A DNA stretch of 63,968 nucleotides, filler included, from Piptocephalis cylindrospora (taxonomy: Eukaryota), in NCBI GenBank assembly GCA_003614145.1. It is 5 parts of 5 records of this genome, joined end to end, with 100 filler letters (N's around TTAATTAATTAA, not from the genome) between each part and the next. Parts side by side here need not be neighbours in the genome. Positions count along the whole stretch, not along the records: positions 26,492 to 39,523 come from KZ987949.1; positions 39,624 to 52,638 come from KZ987950.1; 3 more parts are not named here. One strand, given 5' to 3'. A program made the position numbers and the translations under genes. The notes under the pieces are model-generated. The model did not search any database. It saw only the letters and a list, made by a program, of their open reading frames with translations, and had not been told where the DNA came from. This document shows, piece after piece, positions 36,513 to 48,550 of this stretch. How positions within the stretch are numbered: the stretch's first letter is position 1; every line of letters starts with the position of its first letter.

Positions 36513-39500
36513 GGGAAAGAGGATACAAGATGAATAGTTTGGGAAGGGAGGATGTGAAAAGGAAGGGAGGTGTGGGAGGGAAGGAAGAAAGAAAAAAGGG
36601 GAAGAGGAAGGAGGAGATGGGTCTTGAATGAGTGGGACTGGGGTGGGATGGCTGGGACGGGGCTGATGAGGTGGTGCAATGCAGTGTGTCACGGTTGTAT
36701 GCTCATAGGAGGAGGGGGAGGAGGCCTGATGGGCAGTCCGATGTCTAGAGTCGTCCACTTCATGAGTATGGTCCAAAGAAGGGAGGACGGATGGATGTAT
36801 GAGTAGTGAAGGCCCCATAAGAGAGCAACCAATACACACCGCCAAATCTTCATATCTGCTCTGCTTTGCTCATGCCCATGGGCCTCCTTTAACCAAAAGG
36901 AGTAATCTTTGTCATCCTAGGATGACATTTGTTGTTTTCGCTGTTCTACTCCCTCTTGGTCCCTGTTTCTACGGGGACACCCACACTCCTTGGGATGATG
37001 GATCTGACGGCAGGGCATGAGGAGGGTGTGCCTCCTTTAGCGAGGATGGGCTACTCGATGAATTGGGCGGTGTACATAGCGCATCGAATAAATATGGCAT
37101 CAGTACACACCATCGATATCGGCCACGATGACATGGTCGAGGTGAAGCTCTGACGGGATCTGCAGCTTATCAATACATGGTCGACTTGGATCAGACCCAC
37201 ATCACATCACCCTAGAGTGACGGAGGCCCCCTTACATAGGACGGAAATGCCGAGAATGAGCAATTCTTGGCTCATTATGCCTCTCATATCCTAACTTGAC
37301 CCATCGGGGAAATGTGATCTGGGTTTTCCATCCTAGTCTCTCTCCTCTCTCTCTCTCTCTCCTACATCATCATGACACGGAGGATGATGGTTGTGCTTGG
37401 GATGGTTGATCACCTGGGTACTGTCCCTCCCCGGTCCCTCGCAATGCACAGGTGGTGAATACCCCTGGATCCCCCTCCCTCCCTTCCTCCCTCGCCTCCT
37501 ACTCCATCATAAAGCCTGTTGCGGGAAGAAGGATAAAGGGGCACGTGTGGGGTCGGGTGGTAAAGGAGGCGGGGTAGGACGAGGACGTCTGCTCCATCTT
37601 CACGCTTGGTCATACTATGGCCAGGTTTCGGGATGAGGACGGTTCTTTTTATATCTGGGTTATCCAGATTCTCCGATAAGAATACCAAAGCACTGAATTT
37701 GGACGCGGTAGATCCTAGTCATCCTATTTTGATTACTCCCATTTGATGCCCGAGTAGTAAGGATGAGAGCATGCCATTTCCAGGAGACATTGGCAATCCA
37801 CTGTGGCTGATAGTCAGGTGAGGATGTGGATATTCTCATGCTTGTTTGCCTTGCACCCTGTAAATAGCCTTTTCAGGTGGGTAGGGTGGAGGGGACAGAG
37901 GAAATTGAAATTGCCTTTGGAATGTTCATGCCACGAGGATATAAGAAAAGGTCAAGTCTCCACCGCTCCAATTGAGACCGTTTCAAGGCATACATGTTTA
38001 GGGGTAGATTTCCCCTTTGGTCTTTCCAGGGTCGAAGTAAGGGATGGTGTCTATGATGCTTAATTTCAAAGAACGAGATAAAGCTAAAATGCAACATGAG
38101 TAAGGTATGCCGCCCAAAGCTTTGGTCCTCGATGCTTCCGATGAACCTATTCCTCGTCCCACATCCCAGTGTGATCAGAGAGTCTCATTCAGAGACCCAC
38201 ACGATGACTCAGACCACATTACCACTGCTACTCTTGTCAAGAGGCAGTGTACGCAAATTGGTCGTTGAATAGTTTATTGTATGGGGGAACACATGCCCTT
38301 CTGTGATGAGTATGAATTTGTGTAGTCTTTTGGGTGCATTCTCCCCATGAGATGATGATTTTTTCAACAATGAAACACATGCCCAAGGGACAGATGGGGG
38401 GGACGAAGGCAAGGATCCTTTGGTAATGGTGCCATTTCACATTGCTAGCGCGTTTTTCTCCAAACCATATAGCTCTTAATTCAAAATCTTTACAAATACA
38501 TTTCAAAAAGATTTAGGAATATTTCTCACAGTATCATCGCTTCCTCCACCTCTCCTATCCTTCCTCCATCGTTCCCCTTTCAATAGCCATTCTCTTCTAG
38601 GCTCTCAACGACGTTCGAATCAACATTTGAACCTCATTGGGTAAACATAATTTTAAACCTAATCGGTCCTCTATTAAAGATAGAGATAAAAATTACAGCT
38701 GAGGAGTGTCATTCAACATCAGAAAACGTCTCCGAGAGACGAGGATAGTAAGAACCGAACCACTAAACACGCTTGAGGCTGGCATTGTGAAGCATTGGAA
38801 AGTACGACGAAAGTAGATCTGCGGAAAGCGCATTGGGTTGCAAAATGGAGCCATACTGCAATACCATCCTCTGAAGGCATGGCCATTTGAAGGACATAGT
38901 AGAAGAGGGAAACAACAAGACCCTACGACCCCCAGACAATTTCAAAGTACGTAGAGAAGAAGATCATAGTGTATGTGCCAATCTGTAGAATGCCATTTTA
39001 CTACTTGTGAGAGAGATTTAATCGAAAGTTCTGAACTTGAAGATTCGAACCTTTTAGAACTTTCCGAGCGTCCGTCAGTCGTTGCTCGTACTGCTCAAAG
39101 GAAGTAATGTTCTGGGGGGAAAGCAATATGCGATACTCAGCTGATATCCTTGCCATATACCTGTAGCTGCCCTCTAGATGCAAGTTCCGAAGTCGAATTA
39201 ATTTCCTCTCCACCAAGTGCTCTATGATCTCTGCGGTACCCCACTGCTGGTATTCCTCAGGGATTAGGCAGGTCAAGGAAGAGAACTTGGACAAATTAGC
39301 GAGAACATGAATAAAAAGGAGTGTAAAGCGGTGAAAGTGAGGATGTTGGATTTTGATACATCGATACACTCGAGTTTGAGATTCAACTCGAGAAGAGAAT
39401 GTACATATTTCGAGAAAATGGCTGAAATGGACTTTTGGTAGGTAACGTTAACGAGGATCAAGGTGGTTCTGGTCTCGAGAGTCTTTATCCGAATCTTCTC

Positions 39501-39523
39501 CCTCTCTCTCCCGCTGCTACGCG

Positions 39524-39623
39524 NNNNNNNNNNNNNNNNNNNNNNNNNNNNNNNNNNNNNNNNNNNNTTAATTAATTAANNNNNNNNNNNNNNNNNNNNN
39601 NNNNNNNNNNNNNNNNNNNNNNN
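39524..39623. other. Artificial contig linker
   Basis: N run + TTAATTAATTAA, 100 nt. Confidence 0.97.
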
Positions 39624-40016
39624 GAGGGCCATGTCGTTAAACATCACCCGTCCATCGCATTGTTCTTTCTCTCTCTCTTGTTTCCTTCCCTTTCTTCCCA
39701 TCCTTTATCATCCTAGTCCCCCATCCATATCTCCTCCCCTCTCCCTTCTTTCCTTGCCTTTCCTGGCCTTCAGCAGCACACTTTTCCCCCAATCTCACCA
39801 CTCACTTTACCCCTTCAACCACCACCCACTCTTGTCCCATTCTTCCCTTTGCCCAGGTGTCCTAGTCCCTCCCCCCCTCCCCGTCCCCCTTGCCCCCATT
39901 TAGACACTCGGTTCTGTGTATCCAATCTTCCTTTGCACCATCCCTGCACCTACTTCATCCTACCCCACTGGCCCCTCTTCCCCACCGTCTTATCCTACAT
40001 ACCCAGCTCGTCCAGC

Positions 40017-40379
40017 ATGGCCATCTCCCTATTTCTCTCCAGGCCAAAGACAACCAGGATGCCCTCATTTGTCATTGTCGCCTCCCCGTCATCCTCCCTT
40101 GAGACATCCCCTTCCTCTCAAGTATCCCCCCATCGTCACCACCGTCGATCCAACACAGAAATTTCCCATTTTTCCGATGTCGCTCCCCCATCCTCTTTCC
40201 TTCCCTCCACCACCAACTCCCAATCTCCTTATCCGGTCGCCAGATCCATATCTGCCCCACCGGTCGTTGCTCCCTTGGCCCGCATCTTTGCCAGTGCTGT
40301 CTGCTCCCAGCTCCCATCCTCCCCCACACCCTCATTCCCCTCCCCCTCCTCCCCCATCCCAATGGCCCCAACCATGACA

Positions 40380-40420
<41 letters not shown>

Positions 40421-41702
40421 CTTCTCCTCCCTCTCCAAAAAATCACTTTTGCATTATCTCCGATCTCTCCCAGGTCACCTCCCAGGCCGGAGGTCCCTTC
40501 CAAGGCCCGGGACCCGAGCGTATGATCGTCTTCATCCCTTGGCCCAGTATGTCGCCATGGATGAGGAGTTGAACTCCCTACTCCGACCCCTTATGCGCTA
40601 CCCTCCCCCCGTCCATCGGACTTCCCCATACGACGCTGCCGTTCTACACGTCGCCCATCAACGTCATCTCTCCTGCCTCTACACCCTGACCCGTCTGTGT
40701 CTCTCCGGGCCCTCATATGGCCCTCCCCCATCCAGGCCCTACATTGATCGGCTGCCCCAATCCGACCGGGAGGATCTGACCTCCGAGGGCTACTGCGAAT
40801 CCATCCTCTTTGCTGCCCGTGCCATCTCCCGTGGCTTCCGCATTCGCGGAGTCGACACCCAACTTGGCGGCCTCAAGCCCCATGCCATTGCCCTGCACAC
40901 CGCCCACGAAACATGTCGGTGGAGGGTCCGCGAGGCCCTGGACTCCCTTCTTCCCCGTCGATTCCTCCATACCCCCCCCTCCAAAGGCCATAGGGATGGC
41001 GAGGAGAACAGAGGCACGGAGGAGGAGATGAGTGTGTTGATGGAGCAACTTCGTGCCATGATCGGCCCCCTACTCCAAGATTTCGAGGAACGCTGGGTGG
41101 AATTTGAACGTCGGGTCTGTACCCTTTACTTTTGCCTCGATGGTCATCATTCCCGGTGTCGTCATCGCACGGACCGCACCCATCGTACCGGGCAACACTG
41201 GGCCAAGGTCCTTTCCATCGCCCTAAAGGACGGCACCCTGGATCAGGATCTGGTCGACGAGGTCGATCCCTCCGTCGTCCTTGCCCTTCCCCGCCTCGTT
41301 CTTCTCTCTGTCCTCCTTCCAGGGGAGGAGAAGAGGGAAGATGGTGAAAAGACCGTCGAGGAGGCCGAGGAAGATGGCATCCTCTCCCTCATCCTCTCCT
41401 CCCTCCTCTCCCATCAATCCTCAAAATCTTCCTCCTCTTCCCATCCATCGGATCCCCATCTCATTACCCTCTCCACCCTCCTCCCCTCCCTTTCCTACGA
41501 GGACCTGTGTAGGCTGAGGCGTATGCTCGTGGCCACCGAGGAAGAGGGCCATCCCCAGGATTTCTCTACCTCCCCTGACCTCCTAAAGGCCTATACCTCC
41601 ATCTGCACCCTGGCTGACCAAGTCCACAGTGGCCCCAGGGCCAAGGACGTCCCTGCCCTCCTCAACGCCGCCCTCCAATCCCTTACCCTATCTGTAGCAT
41701 AA
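40017..41702 (+). CDS. Lateral signaling target 2 (Lst2/ZFYVE28)-like protein lacking FYVE
   Basis: ILFAARAISRGFRI...LKPHAIAL, LQDFEERWVEFERR, GTLDQDLVDEVDPSVVLALPRL, ICTLADQV..G..KDV..LL recall Lst2 blocks in the same order; intronless; start codon uncertain. Confidence 0.7.
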
Positions 41703-42191
41703 TCATTCCTCTCTGTTCTCTTTCTCTTCCTTCATCTGTCTGCGTATGCCTGCCCTCCTCCCCCCTCCTCTCCTCATTTACCCACTTTTATTTGCATTCC
41801 CGCTTGCTCTTCTTTCCTTTTTACCCCCGTCTTTGCATTCCCCCTCTTCTTCCCTCCCTTTTTTTCCCTTTTTTCCCGCCAGCTCTCGTCCCCCTCTCCT
41901 CGTTTCCATATATCTCCCTGTGACCCTTCACCCTTTCTTTCTTGTCTTGATGGCTAATAATAATAATACTAATTTCATTCTCTACTAAAGGATGGACCGT
42001 ATTGTAGATGGGGTCCTCTGTCACATAGTCCGAATCCTCCATGCTCACACATGCCGATAAGGCCGCCCGATCCATAGTAACATCCACACCAATGAGACAA
42101 TAATAACAGAGTAACACGTGCCAATCTTTTCTTTTTTCTTCCGCAAATACAAGTCACATGAAATGCGCATTGCTTTCTCAAATCATGACGA

Positions 42192-43820
42192 CTAAAAAAT
42201 CCACTCCAACACCTTTCCAGGAGGCGACCGCCTGATCATCCGAACCATCCGAACCATCTTCGAACTGGATACCCCCATCCCCTCATCATCACCCACATCC
42301 ATGTCCTTTTCCTGCTGGGTCTCGGACGCGGTGTCTTCCACAGGTCTCCCAGTGTCCAGATCAACCTGAGCGAGCGGGACCACCTTGGTCTTGCAGATGA
42401 TCTTGTACCCGAACCACAATATGAGAAACAGTGGGATCCCAATGTACGCCGAGATCACCTGATCCACAGCAATGGGCGTAGCCGTAAAGGACGAGTACCC
42501 CTGCCCTAAGATGACCAGCGCGGCCGCGACCGTAGCAAAAATCGGTCCAAAGGGATAGAGCATGGCTCGGTACGGAAGTTCCGAAAGATCGTGACCCTGG
42601 TAGATAAATGCCTTACGGAATCGATAATGGGACATGGAAATACCCAACCACGCAATGAATCCACTGATCCCTGCCAGAGACAGGAGCCAGTTATACACCT
42701 TACCCGTCCCGAGAAGGGATGACAGGAACGCCAGTGCCCCGATTACCGCCGTGACCAAAATGGACCACACTGGTACTCCATGGCGATTGGTTGTCCCAAA
42801 GATCCTTGGTGCCTTGCCCTCCCTAGCCAGAGTGTATAGCGTACGGGATGCCGCATACATGCTCGAGTTCCCCGCCGACAACACCGTAATCAGGATCACA
42901 GCGTTCATTACGTGATCTGCCCCAGACAGCTTCGCCGCCTTGAACACCAGCGTGAAGGGGGAAGACCCTATGTTCGAATCCCCGTTCAACAACGCCGGAT
43001 CATCCGGGGAGATGATCAGCCCGATGAGAAAGAGGGCGCAGACGTAGAAGAGGAGAATACGCCAAAACACTTGTCGGATCGCCTTGGGCACCGCCTTCCG
43101 AGGGTTCGATGACTCTCCCGCCGTGACTCCTACGATCTCAGTGCCTTGGAAGGAGAATCCGGCAGCAAGTAGGACAGAAAAGGTTCCGCCAAAGCCTCCG
43201 AGGAATGCCTGGCCCCCTTTCCAATTCTCCACCCCATACGTATGTCCCCCGACAGCCCCGGCCGCCACGAGAATCCCAATAACTATAAACACGACGACTG
43301 TCAGCACCTTGGTCAGGGAGAACCAGTACTCGGCTTCCCCGTATCCCTTGACCGAGATCATGTTCAGGGCCAGAACAATCACCAGCACCACTGCACTCCA
43401 CACAATCCCATTTACATTCGGGAACCAGTACCCCATGACGAGTTCAGCCGCTGACAGTTCCACAGCCAATGTCGTAGCCCATGAATACCAGTAATTCCAG
43501 CCCAGGGCAAAGCCAAATGCTGGATCTACAAACCGGGCTCCGTACGTTGAAAAGCTTCCGGTAACCGGGAGGTACGTGGCCATCTCGCCCAGTGACTGTA
43601 TCATAAAGTAAACGAGGATCCCGATGAGTCCATATGCCAATAGAGCTCCTCCAGGTCCTGCTTCGGCCACGGAGCCCCCAGAGGCCAAGAAGAGCCCAGT
43701 TCCGATGGTTCCTCCAAGGGAGATCATGGTCAAATGACGGGTCTTCAAGCCTCTCTTCAGCTCCCTACCCCCTCTTCCCCGTCCCCCACTCTGGATCGAC
43801 TCGGCCTTGTCATCCGGCAT
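42192..43820 (-). CDS. APC-superfamily amino acid permease, LysP-like
   Basis: LKRGLKTRHLTMISLGGTIGTGLF, GEAEYWF, GFSFQGTE..G..AGE, ~12 hydrophobic segments; intronless. The true start may be 43959 (see findings). Confidence 0.95.
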   Translation of the reverse strand: MPDDKAESIQSGGRGRGGRELKRGLKTRHLTMISLGGTIGTGLFLASGGSVAEAGPGGALLAYGLIGILVYFMIQSLGEMATYLPVTGSFSTYGARFVDPAFGFALGWNYWYSWATTLAVELSAAELVMGYWFPNVNGIVWSAVVLVIVLALNMISVKGYGEAEYWFSLTKVLTVVVFIVIGILVAAGAVGGHTYGVENWKGGQAFLGGFGGTFSVLLAAGFSFQGTEIVGVTAGESSNPRKAVPKAIRQVFWRILLFYVCALFLIGLIISPDDPALLNGDSNIGSSPFTLVFKAAKLSGADHVMNAVILITVLSAGNSSMYAASRTLYTLAREGKAPRIFGTTNRHGVPVWSILVTAVIGALAFLSSLLGTGKVYNWLLSLAGISGFIAWLGISMSHYRFRKAFIYQGHDLSELPYRAMLYPFGPIFATVAAALVILGQGYSSFTATPIAVDQVISAYIGIPLFLILWFGYKIICKTKVVPLAQVDLDTGRPVEDTASETQQEKDMDVGDDEGMGVSSSKMVRMVRMIRRSPPGKVLEWIF

Positions 43821-45844
43821 GATGGGTACCACATGGATCGAAGGCACTTTGTCATTCCCATGAAAGCTGTATGTTCGGGAAGGAGTCTGGACCCCCCCTA
43901 GAAGAATCGTCCGGAAAGACTTGTTCCGGTCCTAGCGGTTCATGGATGTTCTTTGCCATAATTTGAGGTCAAGGATACGAAAGAAAATGGAACCGTCCCT
44001 GATGTGGTCAAGCAAGAAGGATAAGGAGCAAACGAATGGATCTCACGAGAGAATAAAGGAAGGTAGGCCTATGCTTGTAAAGTCGAGTAAAGTGAGGCAA
44101 GGAGGAGGGGAAGAGAAAAAGGGAGGAGGAGGAGGAAGGAGGAAGGATGAAAGATGAAAGATGAAAGATGAGAGATGACTGCCCATCGCGACGGTGCCCG
44201 ATCCAAATCTTGCCATCCATATTCCCAGTGCCGTCGCTTCACACGGGATGACATGGGATGGTCTTACCAATACTGTCCTTTCTACCTATGTCCTGGTATG
44301 GAATACTTTGCCCATAGCACTACTCCACATCTTCCTAAAGTGAGATAGAGCGGATAGGGGGCCAGGAGCGCATTAGATCATTCCATCATATGTTTTCCAT
44401 TTCCCTATTTTTCCCCCTCTATCCTGCACAATGGGCCTGGGACTTTTTCCTCTTTTACTCACTAATTGTTGTTCCGTCCCCTCCTGACTGGTTGAACCGT
44501 ATCCCGAGTATCATGGCCTCTGCAGGGCGGGGAAGGCAGGGCACTATGAACATAATTGGGGCCTGACACTCGTGTGTGCGGGCCAGTTGATGGAATCTGA
44601 GACCCTGGTAACACACGGGAATCCCCCCCTCCCTTCCCCTCTATACAGCAGTATACCTCCCAGTCGATAGGAAATTGAATAGTGCAAATTCATCCGATGG
44701 TCAGCTGGACATGGGCCAACCGGATAATAGAAGGCAATGTGGTTTTTGCATGAATCTCTCCTGTGTGCTCTCAACCATTACCTATGTCGCCCGATCGGAG
44801 ATTAATATCATAGGAGATTTGTGAGCGCTTATGCGCAGTATTATTGTAGAGGTGAAAATATGGGTAAATAATAGTGAAAATTGTGCATGAAAAATGAGTA
44901 AGGTCAGGGCGGATAGAGAAATATTGAACCGTCATTTCTGCATACTGTTGCTATTGTTTCTTAGGCGGCAGTATGCCCGATTAGGAATGTCAGCTCTCTT
45001 CCAAGTCTTTTCAGAGTGCGTTTATTTAAACTGGTACCAGTCTATTAACATCACGGCGAGAAGCCAATTGAAAGTTAAATGATCATAATAAAGCGTAAGT
45101 AAAAAAATACTCTGCATATTGCTCTCCTCGCGGTATCCCATCTCATTCCAATCACACCAGGGCTTTGAGATTGAACACCCTATTTCCAATCTGTCTTCTA
45201 TGGTAGATTCCTTAAATAGGGGAGAAGAGGAACTAAGAGAAGAAAGGAGAACGTCGTGTCCCTCTGCTTCCTCTTTCAAATGCTCTTCGGCCCGCTGCCC
45301 TTTCTTTACCATAGCCTTTCATACAAAGAGGGAGCATGGATGGAGCTAACATAACGTCTTTCGTGCAATGTGGCTCGTCCATACAGCTCATCGGCAAGGC
45401 TCCATGTTGTATTTTTAAAGCAGCCCTTGCAGCCTGCTTCTCATGCATACCAATATCTTTGCTCAGTGTGTCCAGCTGTCGAATATATCCGGTCTCGCTC
45501 GTCTATGCGCTTCAATAAGCTCTGATGGATTGCTTGCATTCTCCCATGGTATGTATAACTCCATCTATCTTTGGACTGCGGCTGTTAAACACCATTCATT
45601 CTCAAGCATTGTCCCCATCCTTCCCTCCTGGTTCCAATTCTCTATCCCATCCGCCCTGATACTCTTTCACTTTTCGTGCAGACTCCGACTTCTTCCCTTT
45701 TCCCTCATTCCTTCCCACTTTCCTTCCCCTTCTATCTCAGCCTTGTCTCAGCTCCTCACGGTTAACTTCTCCCTTACGTGAAAGTATCTCTTTCCCAGCT
45801 TCTCCAAAAAACAGAATCCATATCCCATCTCAGTCTTCATCATC

Positions 45845-46453
45845 ATGTCCTTCAAGTCAACTGGCTTCCTCGAGGATCAACTGGTCCACTTCCGTGTCCA
45901 TAGGGCCAGTCGTCGTCAAACCCGCCTTACTCACATCCTGGCCGTCCCCATGGCCATGGGCTCCACCTTCTCCGTCCTTTCCATCCTATCGGGCACTAAC
46001 TATGCGGGTCTGGGTCTGGTTTCAGGCCTTTCCCTCCTTTACCTTCCGCTGGACCCCTTCATTGGAGCCGCCACCTCGGGAGCCCTCCTTGCCACTCATG
46101 CCATCGCCACCTCCTGGATCGCCACTACCACCTCTCCCCTCACCACGGCCCTGACCATGTATGGTGTGGCCTGGTCCCTGCTCCTGTGGGGTCAACGGAC
46201 CTTTGAATCCCGAAGGACCTCCACCTTTGGCAATACTTTCTTCAACCTCCTCCTCGCCCCTTTCCTCACCGTCTCCGAGTTTTTCTGGCCCTGTGGATAC
46301 CGACGGGACCTTCGGCGCCGCGTGGACATTCGTTCCGCTCCCATTATCACTCGGATGCGTCGGGAGGATGCCTATGAGGATATGCTGAAGGCCAGTCCCA
46401 AGCTGTGTCTCGCCACTCCTGCTGGTATCGCCTCCCCTACCCTGAAGCCTTAA
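45845..46453 (+). CDS. Divergent Mpo1/DUF962-like membrane protein
   Basis: LEDQL..F..H...THILAVP, LYLPLDP..G, W....GQ.TFE.R, LLAPF....E.....GYR.DL align with the neighbouring Mpo1; intronless. Confidence 0.75.
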   Translation: MSFKSTGFLEDQLVHFRVHRASRRQTRLTHILAVPMAMGSTFSVLSILSGTNYAGLGLVSGLSLLYLPLDPFIGAATSGALLATHAIATSWIATTTSPLTTALTMYGVAWSLLLWGQRTFESRRTSTFGNTFFNLLLAPFLTVSEFFWPCGYRRDLRRRVDIRSAPIITRMRREDAYEDMLKASPKLCLATPAGIASPTLKP

Positions 46454-46966
46454 GGATATGGGATCTTTATCCCATGATGCATAGATTCCCGCTCAATGAC
46501 GGTGTCCAAGGAGAAGAGAGGTATCCTACTCCCATTCATGACCACTTATACGATATACACACTGTGGCCTGGTTTCCAACCGTTGCCCCTTTCCTTTTGA
46601 TGGTCCCTTCTGATCATCATCAACACACCACCATTCAATACATACTCTTCCTCCCTATTTTAGCTAACCAGTGCCTCTCATAGGACAGCCGATTACCATG
46701 ATTTATGAAACAACAACAAAGTGTAGAGTTTCATAGAGGAAAAACGCCCTTTATAGAAATTCATGATACCACATCGCTCCTTATACCCTTCCCCATTCAT
46801 CCTTACCTATGCAGTAGGGGAAAGAGAGGAGAAAGAAGGAAAGAGAGAGAGGTGGGTCCACGACGGCCATTCGGGAACGTTCACCCATCCATGGGGATGG
46901 AAAGGAGAGAGGGGAAATGGGACGACTTCTCTCAATCGCACACACACGCAAGGGCTATCATGCTCT

Positions 46967-47924
46967 TTACTTCTTGGTGGCAGTCTTGGTCTTGGCGGTA
47001 CCACGGAGCTTCTTGGCACGGTTCTTGCGCTCCTTGCGCTGCTTCCGGGCAGTCTTCTGGGCCTCGGCGAGACCGTGACGGACCAGACGGTACTTGGGCT
47101 CGAAGCGCTTGGCCGAGTCCAGGGAGTCGTAGATCAGGGCAAAGCCAGAGGAACGACCACCGCCAAAGGCAGTCCTGAAGCCAAAGCAGAAGATGGCCTC
47201 CTTGTCGGCCTTGTACATGGTGGCGAGCTTGCCGCGGACCTCATCCTTGGAGAGGTTGGCGAGACCGGGATGAAGGACATCGACGATCTGGAGGGGAAAG
47301 AAGGTTAGGAGACCATTTACTGAGGAATGAATAGGGGGTATCCCACTTATTTGAGCCATAGTAAACTTACCATCTGCTTCCTCTGGAGGAGGCGGTTGGT
47401 GATGAACTTGCGGGTGCGAAGAGTGGCAGTCGAAGCGTCAGCCTAAGGATTGGATAGGGAAGGGATGAGTACATCATATTGATTAGGGTTGTCTCTCCAG
47501 AGGAATTGAGCATAGCCATGGCCTAATCGCACCCATTCCACCGTGGACAGGGACTAGTAGATGTCAAGGACTAGGATGAGCCCAGTATATGGAAGATCAT
47601 CAGACGCGATGACCCCATTCCAGTATAGCCCCATCCAGTCCCGGTCATCCTAGTCATCAACAACACGACCCCATCCATCCATCCATCCATCTCTTCCCGG
47701 ACCGGTGTAAGGATATCTTCCCTAGCGTCATGAGGTAGCATAACTTAATCATGCCTCGGACCTAGCCGTCCGTCCATCCATACATACATACCCTCCATCC
47801 ATCCATCCATCCATATCCCTATCCATCCGTCCCTCTATGTCCATCCATCCATCCGTAGTCACCCTTTGCTGATGTTCTTCCGGCCAGACTAGCCTTCCCG
47901 TCCTCGTTTTGATCAACTTACCAT
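46967..47924 (-). CDS. RPS24: 40S ribosomal protein eS24
   Basis: ATG-only exon 1 (47924-47922), 479-nt intron, [18 protein letters not shown], second intron, VDVLHPG...[20 protein letters not shown]...[10 protein letters not shown]. Confidence 0.95.
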
Positions 47925-48550
47925 ATTGGATTGTCTGTAGGAAGGGGAGATTCCGACGAGGAGTGCGAGATGACGCTGAGAAGTCCACACGGATACTGGA
48001 AGAGGGGGATACGCCAAGGAGGGGGGAGTGTGGGCTGTGAGGCTTGGGTGGTTTGTGTACAGGCGTGTGTGGGCTGTGTGGGGCGGGCACTGGTGGGGAG
48101 GGGCAGCGCAGTCTGGCAGCCATCTTCCTGGTGAGAGAGGCTAGGTTGGGGATTGGAGACTGTAGTTGATTGTTGTCTTGACACACACACACACACACAC
48201 ACAACACAGCCACAACACTGTGTCCCTAGCACGCCAACATTCCGCGTTCGAAATTGGTCAAAAATTGAAAAGACTGATGATTTACACTCGACGATGAGTT
48301 CATGGAGTCAGTGAGAGGCCATGATGGATCATCCTACCTAGGAAAAGAATACACATGTCCCGATGATGTATAAGCCCACGAAAGGGCATGGGGGGTCATG
48401 GAATAGCTCAGAGAAACCCTTCATGGAATAGACCCACCAGGCTGCTAGCCTCCTGGGACATCGCATACAAACTCCTACATTGTGTTGTCCATTTCCTGTA
48501 TCCTCCCATACACAACATCCTATCTGGAGACCAAGATCATGTCCACGCTC

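Noticed and set aside
26392..41702. RhoGEF-FYVE gene and Lst2-like gene as a functional cluster or split gene
   Set aside because: They are separated by an artificial linker and lie on unrelated contigs.
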